Source of the DNA: Thalassobaculaceae bacterium
GTDB taxonomy: Bacteria > Pseudomonadota > Alphaproteobacteria > Thalassobaculales > Thalassobaculaceae
Direction: 5' to 3'
Length of the DNA stretch: 64,000 bases
Assembly (NCBI GenBank): GCA_965228875.1
Contig: OZ245843.1
Span: 602,616 to 666,615, forward strand
Shown: in pieces, positions 1-12,114 of the stretch
How positions within the stretch are numbered: the first letter of the stretch is position 1
Layout: each line of letters starts with the position of its first letter
The notes under the pieces: generated by a model
Databases searched by the model: none
Seen by the model: only the letters and a program-made list of their open reading frames with translations
What the model was told of the DNA's origin: nothing
Position numbers and translations under genes: made by a program

Positions 1-683
1 AGCCAGCGGAGCTGGATGATCAGACTGGTCGACGTCAGCGCCGACCGCACCCCGCCGGCCACCAGCGGGATGTAGTCAAGTGACGGACCGAACACGAGGT
101 CCGGGATGTAGCCGATCCATCGCACGCGGTGCAGATCGCCGTCGCGGTCGAAGCCGCCATGGCGATCGATCACGGCGCGGGTGGCGTAGGCGCGAAGCCG
201 GTAGTCGGCGATCTTCTGCACGGTCAGCCGCCCGCTCGGCGGTGGCGAGACGGCGATGGCGAGGTCGGCCTCGCGCTGCGACAGGCTGAAGACCCGCGGC
301 AGGGCGACGACCTCGAGATCCAGGTCCGGGTTGGCGTCGCAGAGTTCGACGCAGATCTCCGACAGCAGAAAGTTCGCCACCCCTTCCGGGACGCCGATCC
401 GCACCGCTCCGGTGAGGACGCCGGCCGTCTGGCCGACCTGTTCGCGGGCGGCCTCGGCCGCCAGTTCCATGGCCTCGGCATGCTGCATGAGCGCTTGGCC
501 GGCCTCGCTCAGCGCGTAGCCCTTGGGGCTGCGTTCGAACAGCCTGGTCTCCAGGTTGCGCTCCAACGTCGTCATCCGCCGGCTGAGAGTGGCGACATCG
601 AGGCCGAGGCGGCGCGAGGCCGCAGTCAGCTTGCCGAGGCGGCCGATGGCAAGGAACAGCTTAAGGTCGTCCCAATTCATCAT
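1..683 (-). CDS. LysR-family transcriptional regulator (3' end runs off the window)
   Basis: Hand translation of the minus strand: (M)MNWDDLKLFLAIGRLGKLTAASRRLGLDVATLSRRMTTLERNLETRLFERSPKGYALSEAG (LysR HTH), then GAVRIG...EADLAI. Missing from the ORF track because it is truncated. Confidence 0.92.
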   Translation of the reverse strand, partial: MMNWDDLKLFLAIGRLGKLTAASRRLGLDVATLSRRMTTLERNLETRLFERSPKGYALSEAGQALMQHAEAMELAAEAAREQVGQTAGVLTGAVRIGVPEGVANFLLSEICVELCDANPDLDLEVVALPRVFSLSQREADLAIAVSPPPSGRLTVQKIADYRLRAYATRAVIDRHGGFDRDGDLHRVRWIGYIPDLVFGPSLDYIPLVAGGVRSALTSTSLIIQLRW

Positions 684-723
684 CGGAAAGGCATATATCG
701 ACGAAATCGCAAAATCAATTTGA

Positions 724-2079
<1,356 letters not shown>

Positions 2080-2082
2080 GCC

Positions 2083-3096
2083 ATGACCCGGCGCACGATG
2101 ATCGAGGCCATCCGAGACGCCATGGACGTCGCCATGGAGCGCGACGACGACGTGGTGGTGTTCGGCGAGGATGTCGGCTTCTTCGGCGGCGTGTTCCGCT
2201 GCACGGCGGGACTGCAGAAGAAGTACGGGGCGTCGCGCTGCTTCGACACGCCGATCAGCGAATCCGGGATCGTCGGCGCGGCGATCGGCATGGCCGCCTA
2301 CGGGCTGCGGCCCTGCGTCGAGATCCAGTTCGCCGACTACGTCTACCCGGCCTACGACCAGATCGTGTCGGAGGCGGCGCGCATTCGCTACCGCTCGAAC
2401 GGGCAGTTCACCGCGCCGATGGTGATCCGCATGCCGACCGGCGGCGGCATCTTCGGCGGCCAGACCCACAGCCAGTCGCCGGAGGCGCTGTTCACCCACG
2501 TCTCCGGGCTGAAGACGGTGGTGCCGTCCAACCCCCACGACGCCAAGGGCCTGCTGATCGCGGCGATCGAGGACCCGGACCCGGTCATCTTCCTGGAGCC
2601 CAAGCGCCTCTATAACGGCCCGTTCGACGGCTACCACGACCGCCCGGTCAAGCCATGGTCAAGCTCGGAGCTGGGCGAGGTGCCGGACGGGCACTTCACC
2701 GTGCCGCTCGGCAAGGCGGCGGTGGTCCGCGAAGGGGCGTCGGTCTCGATCCTGACCTACGGCACCATGGTGCACGTCTGTCTCGCCGCGGCGGAGGCGA
2801 CAGGCATCGACGCCGAGGTCATCGACCTGCGCACGTTGCTGCCGCTCGACCTGGAGACGGTGAAGGCCTCGGTGCTGAAGACCGGGCGCTGCGTCGTGGT
2901 GCACGAGGCGACCCTGACCTCCGGCTTCGGGGCCGAGCTTGCCAGCCTCGTCCAGGATGAGTGCTTCTTCCACCTGGAGGCGCCGGTGCGCCGGGTCGCC
3001 GGTTGGGACACGCCCTATCCGCATGCCCAGGAATGGGACTATTTCCCCGGCCCCGAGCGCGTTGGCCGGGCGCTGCAAGAAGTGCTGGAGGTCTGA
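2083..3096 (+). CDS. bkdA2: Branched-chain 2-oxoacid dehydrogenase E1 beta subunit
   Basis: FGEDVGFFGGVFR, DTPISE, EIQFADY, HSQSPE motifs; operon position. Confidence 0.95.
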   Translation: MTRRTMIEAIRDAMDVAMERDDDVVVFGEDVGFFGGVFRCTAGLQKKYGASRCFDTPISESGIVGAAIGMAAYGLRPCVEIQFADYVYPAYDQIVSEAARIRYRSNGQFTAPMVIRMPTGGGIFGGQTHSQSPEALFTHVSGLKTVVPSNPHDAKGLLIAAIEDPDPVIFLEPKRLYNGPFDGYHDRPVKPWSSSELGEVPDGHFTVPLGKAAVVREGASVSILTYGTMVHVCLAAAEATGIDAEVIDLRTLLPLDLETVKASVLKTGRCVVVHEATLTSGFGAELASLVQDECFFHLEAPVRRVAGWDTPYPHAQEWDYFPGPERVGRALQEVLEV

Positions 3097-3097
3097 G

Positions 3098-4381
3098 ATG
3101 GGCGAACACACCGTCAAGCTTCCGGATGTCGGCGAGGGGGTCGCGGAGGCCGAACTCACCGAATGGCAGGTCGAGATCGGCCAGATCGTGCGCGAGGACG
3201 ACATCCTTGCCGTGGTGATGACCGACAAGGCGGCGGTGGAGATCCCGTCGCCGGTCACCGGCCCGGTGCTGTGGCTGGGCGCGGAGATCGGCGAGGTGGT
3301 CGCCGTCGGCGCGCCGCTGGTCCGCATCGAGGTCGAGGGCGAAGGCAATACGGTGGCCGAGCCGGAGCCGAAACCGGCGCCCGTGACGAAGCCGGAGCCG
3401 AAAACCGAGACGCCCGCCGCCGAGGCGCCGGCCAAACCGAAGCCCGCATCCAAGGCGGCCCCCAAGACCGCGACGCCGGGGCCCGCCGCCGGTCCGGTGC
3501 GCGGCGAGCATGATCGTCCGGTCGCCGCCCCCTCGGTGCGCCGGCGTGCCAAGGAGGCGGGCGTCGACCTGCGCCAGGTGCGCGGCACCGGTCCCGCCGG
3601 GCGCATTACGCACGAGGACCTTGAACTGTGGTTCAGCGGCTCTGGCGATGCGCGCACCCCCGCCGGCCGCGTCGCCAACACCTCGGTGCAGGAGGTCAAG
3701 GTCGTCGGCCTGCGCCGCCGCATCGCCGAGCGCATGGCCGCCGCCAATGCCGCCGTGGCCCACATCACCTATGTCGACGAGATCGACATGACCGAGCTGG
3801 AGAAGCTGCGCGAGACCCTGAACGCCGAACACGGCGGCGAGCGGCCCAAGCTGACCGTCCTGCCGTTTCTGATGCGCGCCATGGTCAATGCCATCGCCAA
3901 ACAGCCGGCGATGAACGCCCATTACGACGACGATGCCGGCGTGATCCGCCAGTTCGGCGGCGTGCATATCGGCATCGCCACGCAGACGCCGGGCGGGCTG
4001 ACCGTGCCGGTGGCGCGGCATGTGGAGGCGCGGGGGCTGTGGGACAGTGCCGCCGAGGTTTCGCGGCTTGCCGAGGCGGCGCGCACCGGCGCGGCGAGCC
4101 GGGACGAGCTCTCGGGCTCGACCATCACCATCACCTCGCTCGGCGCGCTCGGCGGCATCGCGACGACGCCGATCATCAACCGGCCCGAGGTCGCCATCGT
4201 CGGCGTCAACAAGATGCAGGTCCGCCCGGTCTGGGACGGCCGCCAGTTCGCGCCGCGCAAGATGATGAACCTGTCCTCCAGCTTCGACCATCGGATCATC
4301 GACGGCTGGGATGCCGCCATCTTCGTCCAGGCGATCCGCAAGCAGCTGGAGAACCCGGCCACCCTGTTCGTGGAGGACTGA
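3098..4381 (+). CDS. bkdB: Dihydrolipoamide acyltransferase E2
   Basis: Lipoyl domain (KLPDVGEG...MTDKA), Pro/Ala linker, E3-binding GTGPAGRI, catalytic FDHRIIDG. Confidence 0.95.
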   Translation: MGEHTVKLPDVGEGVAEAELTEWQVEIGQIVREDDILAVVMTDKAAVEIPSPVTGPVLWLGAEIGEVVAVGAPLVRIEVEGEGNTVAEPEPKPAPVTKPEPKTETPAAEAPAKPKPASKAAPKTATPGPAAGPVRGEHDRPVAAPSVRRRAKEAGVDLRQVRGTGPAGRITHEDLELWFSGSGDARTPAGRVANTSVQEVKVVGLRRRIAERMAAANAAVAHITYVDEIDMTELEKLRETLNAEHGGERPKLTVLPFLMRAMVNAIAKQPAMNAHYDDDAGVIRQFGGVHIGIATQTPGGLTVPVARHVEARGLWDSAAEVSRLAEAARTGAASRDELSGSTITITSLGALGGIATTPIINRPEVAIVGVNKMQVRPVWDGRQFAPRKMMNLSSSFDHRIIDGWDAAIFVQAIRKQLENPATLFVED

Positions 4382-4384
4382 GCC

Positions 4385-5773
<1,389 letters not shown>

Positions 5774-5794
5774 GGCCCCCGCCCGACATGCGAA

Positions 5795-5819
5795 AGCGGC
5801 CGGCAAGATGCCGGCCGCT
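5795..5819. terminator. Hairpin between convergent genes, probable bidirectional terminator
   Basis: AGCGGCCGGCA-aga-TGCCGGCCGCT perfect 11-bp stem; no strong U tract. Confidence 0.6.
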
Positions 5820-5847
5820 CCCTGTATGCGCCTGCGGATCGGGTCGA

Positions 5848-8478
5848 TCAGCCGAACGTGAACCAATCGGCTTCCAGGTCCGAGGTCGTCACGCCCATGA
5901 GCGTCAGCGAGTTGCCGTCGCCGAGCGCGAACTGGACGTTGCCGTCGTCGGTGTCGGTGGCCGCCGCCGTCAGTTCGAGGAAGCTGTCGATCGTCGTCTC
6001 GTTCAGGTTCGACGTGAACACGATCCGGTCGCCGTCGGCGCCCGAGAAGTCGATGATCATGTCCTCGCCGGCGGTGCGCCCGACCATGATGGAGTCGGCT
6101 CCGTCGCCGGTCACCATGACGTCGTTCCCCTTGCCGCCGATGAGCACGTCGCCGCCGAGCCCGCCGTACAGGAAGTCGTCGCCGGCCCCGCCGTACATGG
6201 TGTCGTCGCCCTGACCGCCGTACACGGTGTCGTCCGCCATGTTGCCGTACACCACGTCGTCGGCGAAGTTGCCGTAGACCACGTCGGAGTCCTGGCCGCC
6301 GAACATGGTGTCTGAGTCCTGACCGCCGAACATCGTGTCGTTGGCCTGGTTCCCGTACATCAGGTCGTCGTTGGTGTTGCCGTAGACGACGTCGCTTTCG
6401 CTGCCGCCCCAGACGGTGTCGTTGCCACTGCCGCCGATCACCGTATCGGAACCGCCGTCGCCGAACAGCGCGTCGTTGCCGGCGGCGGAACCGATCGTGT
6501 CGTTGCCGTCGCCCCCGTACAGCGTGTCGTCACCCTCGCCGAGGGAGATGAACTGCGCGCTGTCGTCACCGACCGCGTAGTTGTTGCCGGCTCCACCGTT
6601 GACCGTGGCGTTGCCGATGATCGAGGCGAACTCGATGTTGTCGAGCTGCAGGGTCTTGCCGGGAGCCGAGCGCATGTCGATCACGAACGCCTCCGACTGG
6701 CCGGTGGAGCCTGTTCCGGAGATCACGATCGGGTCGCTGTTGGTGATGCCCGTACCCACCGACGGGATGATCGTGCGCACGTCCAGCATGGTCGTGGTGG
6801 CAAGGCTCTTCAGGTAGGTCTGGGCATTGCTGACCAGAACGGTTTCCGCGGCCGAGTCCCGCGCGTCGATGGCGCTGACCAGCGTGGTCAGGGCTTCGTC
6901 GCCGGTCTGCGCGGTCGACGGCCCCTCCGACGTGATCGACACCGAGGCCGGCAGGGTGGCGGTTACCACGTTGCCGTTGTTCAGCGTGTTGTGAACGATG
7001 GGGGCCGATCCGGTGTCGGTGCCGCTGTTGGTGAACGTGCCGGTGGTGATCGAGGTTCCGGTGTTGTTGGTCGTCGTCGTCTCGCTGCCGCCCACCGAAC
7101 TGCTGCTGCTGCCGCTGTCGTCGCTGCCACCGCTGGCAGCGACGGTATAGGTGATCTCGGTGCTGCCGCCGACCAGGACGGCGTTCCAGGTTCCGCTCTG
7201 TGCCGTGATGCCCGTGAGCGTCAGGGTTCCGCCGCCGACGCTGATGGTACCGCTGGTCGCGGTCCCGTTGAGCGACGTCAGGTCGGTGCTGGTGACGATG
7301 ATTTTGTCTTCGGTGCCGAAGTCGGAGATCGTGTCGCCGCGGTGGTTGGCGGCCGAACCGGTGAAGGTGTCGGCGCCGGCGCCCCCCGACATGGTGTCAT
7401 CGTTGGCGCCGCCGCGCAGCACGTCGCTTCCGTCACCGCCGAACAACATGTCGTCGCCGCTACGACCGGAAAGGACGTCGTTTCCGCCGTCGCCGTACAG
7501 GGTGTCGGCGCCGTCGCCGCCGGTCATCGTGTCGGTACCGAGGCCGCCGTAGAGCAGGTCGTCGCCCTTACCGCCCCAAACCCAGTCGTTTCCGGCGCCG
7601 CCGAACAGGCGGTCCGCCCCAGAACTGCCGATCACGGTATCGTTGCCGTCGCCGCCGTAGAGCGTGTCGCTGCCATCGGCACCGGACACGGCGTCGTTGC
7701 CGTCACCGCCATAGGCGAGATCGTTGCCGGTGTGGCCGTACAGGTAATCGTTGCCGGCACCGCCGGTGAGCGTGTCTTGACCGCCCCCGCCGTACAGGGT
7801 GTCGTTACCGTCGCCGCCGAACAGCGAGTCGTCGCCGTCCAGTGCCGTAATGGTGTCGTTCCCGGCCAGGCCGCTGATATCGTCGTTGGCGGCCGTACCG
7901 GTCAGAGCGTCACCGCCCGCGGTGCCGGTGAAACTGCCGAGCAGACCCGGGAAGGCCGCGCGCGCCGCTGCCGTGAAGCCGATCTCGATCGGCGCCCCGC
8001 CGGCGACGTTCACGTCCCAGGTTCCGCCGAGCTCCGCGGCGCCGACCGGATCAGACGCGGCCGCGACCCGGGCGCCGAGCGCAAGTTCCAAGGATTCGAC
8101 GAATGCACGGCCCTCGCTACCGTCAGCGACCGAGCACCCATAGAGAACCACATCGGCATCGTCCGACAGCGCGGCGGCGATGGTGTCGAGCGTCGCGGCC
8201 TGATCGGTAAGGACAGTCCGGTCGACCGGGCCGGCGGCGAACGTCAGACTGCCGGGAACGCCATGGCTCAGAACATGCAGTCCGTCCAGACCGCGACGGC
8301 CGGCCAGGTGCGCGGCCATCTGCTCCAGCGCCGGAGTGTCGGCGGAGAGCCGATGCACTTCCAGGCCGGCCACGCGACCGTCGATGAGAACCTCGGCATG
8401 CATGACCGAGGGATCGACGAAGAGGATCTGCCGAGATGCATTGGTCGCTTCGTGCGACATGTGGGGGGCATGAGCCAT
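5848..8478 (-). CDS. DUF4347-domain RTX (Ca-binding nonapeptide repeat) secreted protein
   Basis: N-terminal ILFVDPSV...LHVLSHGVPGSL...LYGCSVA (DUF4347-like); two blocks of GGxGxD repeats; Ser/Thr-rich linker; AGGAG RBS. Confidence 0.85.
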   Translation of the reverse strand: MAHAPHMSHEATNASRQILFVDPSVMHAEVLIDGRVAGLEVHRLSADTPALEQMAAHLAGRRGLDGLHVLSHGVPGSLTFAAGPVDRTVLTDQAATLDTIAAALSDDADVVLYGCSVADGSEGRAFVESLELALGARVAAASDPVGAAELGGTWDVNVAGGAPIEIGFTAAARAAFPGLLGSFTGTAGGDALTGTAANDDISGLAGNDTITALDGDDSLFGGDGNDTLYGGGGQDTLTGGAGNDYLYGHTGNDLAYGGDGNDAVSGADGSDTLYGGDGNDTVIGSSGADRLFGGAGNDWVWGGKGDDLLYGGLGTDTMTGGDGADTLYGDGGNDVLSGRSGDDMLFGGDGSDVLRGGANDDTMSGGAGADTFTGSAANHRGDTISDFGTEDKIIVTSTDLTSLNGTATSGTISVGGGTLTLTGITAQSGTWNAVLVGGSTEITYTVAASGGSDDSGSSSSSVGGSETTTTNNTGTSITTGTFTNSGTDTGSAPIVHNTLNNGNVVTATLPASVSITSEGPSTAQTGDEALTTLVSAIDARDSAAETVLVSNAQTYLKSLATTTMLDVRTIIPSVGTGITNSDPIVISGTGSTGQSEAFVIDMRSAPGKTLQLDNIEFASIIGNATVNGGAGNNYAVGDDSAQFISLGEGDDTLYGGDGNDTIGSAAGNDALFGDGGSDTVIGGSGNDTVWGGSESDVVYGNTNDDLMYGNQANDTMFGGQDSDTMFGGQDSDVVYGNFADDVVYGNMADDTVYGGQGDDTMYGGAGDDFLYGGLGGDVLIGGKGNDVMVTGDGADSIMVGRTAGEDMIIDFSGADGDRIVFTSNLNETTIDSFLELTAAATDTDDGNVQFALGDGNSLTLMGVTTSDLEADWFTFG

Positions 8479-8929
8479 AACTTGGGTCTCCTAATGTACT
8501 CTCGCGGACGGGCCGCGTGTCCTTGCGCTCCGATCGAACCGAACGATCCTGTCGCCGCCCGCGTCCTTCGCTCACAGGGAACGGAGGATGCGGGTGACGT
8601 TGGCTCATCCGAGACGGCTACCGGATTTGTCAGGCTGACTATGCGCAGCGAATTACTAAAATTTTATCGGTGAACTAAGTTAATGAAAATTAGGAGTTTA
8701 TTGCCTTCTGGTTGACCTGAAGGTGATCATTTGCGACCCAGGGGCGGCGGGGGATGGGTGCAGCAATCCAGCGGTCTCCGCAGCGTCGAACCGTTCCGGC
8801 TCAAGGTGGAATTCCCGACGGTTCTAGCGGCTTTCGAGCCCTGTCGTTTGCTTAATGTGCAAACGTCGCGTTCAGTGGCATTTCGTCTCACCCGGTTCTG
8901 GCGTCGGCATGGATCGGACTAGGCGACCG

Positions 8930-10489
8930 CTAGATCTCCGCGCCGAGTTTCGCCAACCGCGCGCGCACGGCCTGGAGGTGACGGGCGTAGGGGCGCCACT
9001 GGTGCTGCACGGCCGGGTCGGCCGGTCGGCGGACCGCCAGGGCGCTGGCCGTGGTGATGTGCCGCCGAGCCCGATGGAACTCAAGGCAGTGCGGCTCCCA
9101 CGGGAGGCCGAGGGCGGCGACCATGGCGCGGGCGGTGCGCTCGGTATTCTCTACGAGATCCTCGAACCGCACGGAGTGGATCGAGTTCGGCCACAGGTCG
9201 GTCCAGTGCCGCATCAGCCGGTCGTGGATCGCGATGAAGCCGGCGATATCGTCCAGGTCGTAGGCGTAGTCGTGACCGTCGGTGAAGCGGCGACGGTACA
9301 GCGACCACGCGAGCGCCATCGGATCGCGCCGCAGATGCAGGATCGGCGCCTTTGGAAACAAACGGTGAATCAATCCGACGTACAGGAAGTTCGTCGGCAT
9401 CTTGTCCGTGAAGAGCGCGGTCGCCGGTGCCACTGCCTGCTCGACATCCCGCAGATACCGTGCCGCAAGGGCGTCGGCGTCGGCGTCGGCATCGCTTAGG
9501 GTGGAGAAGCGGTCGGGGTAGCCGGCGATCCGGTGGGCGGTGGCGCCGATCAGCCCGAGCTCGCCACCCGGCGTGACGGCGCTGTGCATGGCAAGAATGC
9601 TTTCGGCCATCGTTGTGCCGGACCCGGGCAGCCCGACGATGAAAATCGGGTGCCGTGTCGCGACCGTCGGACGCGGCACCGGTGTTGGCCACTCCGCGGC
9701 AAGGCAGCGGGCGAGAAACCGACGCAGCAGTGCCATGTCCGGCGGATTGGCGGCGCGGTGCGCGGCGTTGGCCACGGCATACCAGTGGAAGGCGCGGTCG
9801 GTCTCGCGAAGACGGTCATGGTGGCCGGCGAGCGCGAAGGCCGCGAATTCCCGCGCCTCTCCAGTCAGGTCGCCCCGCGTCAGGCGCGCCTCGGCGGCGG
9901 CCAGCAGTTCCGGAGCACGGTCGCCGGCTCCGGCCATGGACAGGCCGTAGAGCCCCGGCGCCGACGCCGGATCGACGCGCAGCGCCCGCAGGTAGGAGTC
10001 CGTTGCACCGGCCCGCTCGCCCCTCGAGAGCAGCGCGTCGCCGAGGATGGTCCAACTCCGCTCGCTCCGAGGGGCGAGAAGGGCGGGCCGTCGGAACACC
10101 GGGACCGGCCGGTCCGCGGCGGCGGTCCTCAGCTCGACCAGGGCCGCGACGGTGTTCGCCGGGAGCGAGCCGGGCGCGGCCGCCAGGGCCCGCCTCGCCT
10201 GTCTGCGGGCGTCGGCCGGTGCCGGCTCGCGTTGAGCCTGGGACAGCAGGACATAAGCCTCGGCCAGGCCGGGGGCGAGGGTGAGCGCGCGTCGTGATGC
10301 CGACCGGACGCGGCCGAGGTCCCGCGTCAGCGCGGACTGCGCTACGGCGAGCCAGCCCGCCGGTACGTCCGGCACCCGGCGGGTGATCTCCCGGGCCAGA
10401 GCCGCGGCCTCGGCGAACCGACCGGCCGAGCAGTCCCGGTCGATCCGGTCCAGCGCTTCCCGGAGCGACACGGTCCGCGTTCGCCCCAT
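8930..10489 (-). CDS. TPR-repeat sulfotransferase-family protein
   Basis: Ala-rich TPR-like N-half; PIFIVGLPGSGTT, FTDKMPTNF, HLRRDP, RFEDLV, TASALAVRRP motifs; start taken at MGRTRT. Confidence 0.85.
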   Translation of the reverse strand: MGRTRTVSLREALDRIDRDCSAGRFAEAAALAREITRRVPDVPAGWLAVAQSALTRDLGRVRSASRRALTLAPGLAEAYVLLSQAQREPAPADARRQARRALAAAPGSLPANTVAALVELRTAAADRPVPVFRRPALLAPRSERSWTILGDALLSRGERAGATDSYLRALRVDPASAPGLYGLSMAGAGDRAPELLAAAEARLTRGDLTGEAREFAAFALAGHHDRLRETDRAFHWYAVANAAHRAANPPDMALLRRFLARCLAAEWPTPVPRPTVATRHPIFIVGLPGSGTTMAESILAMHSAVTPGGELGLIGATAHRIAGYPDRFSTLSDADADADALAARYLRDVEQAVAPATALFTDKMPTNFLYVGLIHRLFPKAPILHLRRDPMALAWSLYRRRFTDGHDYAYDLDDIAGFIAIHDRLMRHWTDLWPNSIHSVRFEDLVENTERTARAMVAALGLPWEPHCLEFHRARRHITTASALAVRRPADPAVQHQWRPYARHLQAVRARLAKLGAEI

Positions 10490-10505
10490 GCCAACCGATC
10501 CCGGC

Positions 10506-11726
10506 CTATTGCGCCGCTTCGCGGGCCCGTCTGTGGCGCGCCAGGATGCGCAGGCGCGACCACAGCTCCTCGCGCTCGACATAGCAGCCGCGCAGCGCGC
10601 GCCCTCCGGTGGTCGGATCGTAGCCGGTGCGACCGTGAAGGATCCGACGATTGTCGAAGCCGAGCAGTTCGCCCGGCCGCAGGCGCACGGTCACGGTGTT
10701 CGCCGAGCTGCCGCCCAGTTCGAAGAGCCGGCGCAGCCCCTTGTAGATCTTGTCGGTGACATCGAACGCCGTCGTCAGCGGTGCCCTCAGCCACGGGTTC
10801 CAGCGGATCTCCATGGGCTCGCGCGTGTCCGGGTCGAGCCGGATCACCGGCACCGACCAGCGGTAGTCGGTGTCGACCGCCTTGTTCGCGGCGGTGACCG
10901 GAACCGTGGACAGGGCCTGGTAGAGGTCCGGCGCTTCGCGGCGCAGCCTGTCGACGATGAAGAAGCCGTCGCCCAGCAGGCTCTCGCCGCCGACCGCCCC
11001 GTTCTCGATGCAGTGCAGGAACTGCAGGCCGGGCATGTACTCGCGGGTGGCGAGATCGACATGGAGCGGCAGGCCCATGGAGGTGTAGGCGTTGGAATCC
11101 GCGTCGGGCTTGGAGATGACGTCGAACACCCGACCGAAATTGTTGTCGCGCAGCGGTCCGAGCAGGCCGGGGACCCTCTCGATCACCGATCGGTCGGTGC
11201 CCACGCCTTCGAGGATGGCGAAACCGTAGGTGTGCAGCGTCTCGCACCAGCGGGCGAGCTGCGCTTCGTCCTCCAGAATCCTCGATCCATCGACGCGGAC
11301 CGCCGAGAGGTCGAGATCGCCGCCCCACAGGACATGGGGTGGGATGTCGGTGTTGGGGGCTTCGTCGCGCGGCCGGTGGGCATGCAGCCAGCCGGGATGG
11401 TACCGGCTCTCGGTGCCATCGGAGAACCGAACGCTGACGGCGCCCGCAGCGTCCACGGCGGCGCTCTCGGCGACCAGATCGGCCGGAATCTCTATGAGCA
11501 TCAACGCCTGTTCGCGGGTCACCGGATGAGTGGTCTCCGGATCCGGCGCGTTCTCGCGGAGCACCATCTGGTGATAGCGGCTGCGGCTGCCGTCGTCCCA
11601 ATCGATGTCGACACCGCCCCCGGCCGCGCGCGCCGCCACCGGCCAGTGGCGGATCGGGTAGCTGTCGAAGTCGGGGGTGGCGGGCAGATCGCCGGATTCG
11701 GCGACGGGCTCGAGGACCTGTGCCAT
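10506..11726 (-). CDS. Gamma-butyrobetaine dioxygenase-like Fe(II)/2-oxoglutarate enzyme (paralog 1)
   Basis: GBBH-type N-domain (WDDG...VTREQ...YHPGWLHAH); NFGRVFDVISKPDADSNAYT, LPLHVD (HxD), GLQFLHC, FDNRRILHGR. Confidence 0.88.
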   Translation of the reverse strand: MAQVLEPVAESGDLPATPDFDSYPIRHWPVAARAAGGGVDIDWDDGSRSRYHQMVLRENAPDPETTHPVTREQALMLIEIPADLVAESAAVDAAGAVSVRFSDGTESRYHPGWLHAHRPRDEAPNTDIPPHVLWGGDLDLSAVRVDGSRILEDEAQLARWCETLHTYGFAILEGVGTDRSVIERVPGLLGPLRDNNFGRVFDVISKPDADSNAYTSMGLPLHVDLATREYMPGLQFLHCIENGAVGGESLLGDGFFIVDRLRREAPDLYQALSTVPVTAANKAVDTDYRWSVPVIRLDPDTREPMEIRWNPWLRAPLTTAFDVTDKIYKGLRRLFELGGSSANTVTVRLRPGELLGFDNRRILHGRTGYDPTTGGRALRGCYVEREELWSRLRILARHRRAREAAQ

Positions 11727-12114
11727 GTCGAAGTTCTCCCAGGGATCGGGGTGGGTTTTCGAGCCGCCGCCTTGTGCCGCACCGGCTCCGCGTGCAGTGT
11801 GGCCGAAGGCATTCGGCGACGAAAGGGAATTGACAACGACCTGTCCGCCGCTCCCGTTCTGGCCCCTTCGGTTGACTCCGTCGCGGGATCGCGGCTCGAA
11901 TACGCCTCCGGCCGCGAGACGCGGTCCGGCGATTGGGGCGGCGTAAGCCGGCCGCCCCGAAGGACGGTGTCAGTGCCGCATTGGCGTGTTGGCCGTCGCG
12001 CGCGTCTGTTTCGATCCGCAATCGGCGGCGATCGCCCGGGATCAGGACTGCGCGCCGGCCCGACGATGCCGCCGCGGACGCCGCAGGGAAAGGCTTCATA
12101 AAAGGGGACTTGAA

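Noticed and set aside
8670..8695. CtrA-like site upstream of the RTX gene; TTAACC half-site near 59986
   Set aside because: Spacing or half-site mismatches; only the 46978 site fits the full consensus
11800..11845. CGAC words about 20 bp apart and a TTGACA in the dioxygenase/binding-protein spacer, as an AraC/GbdR-type site or promoter
   Set aside because: The words are too short for GC-rich DNA and there is no properly spaced -10 element; cannot be supported without comparative data
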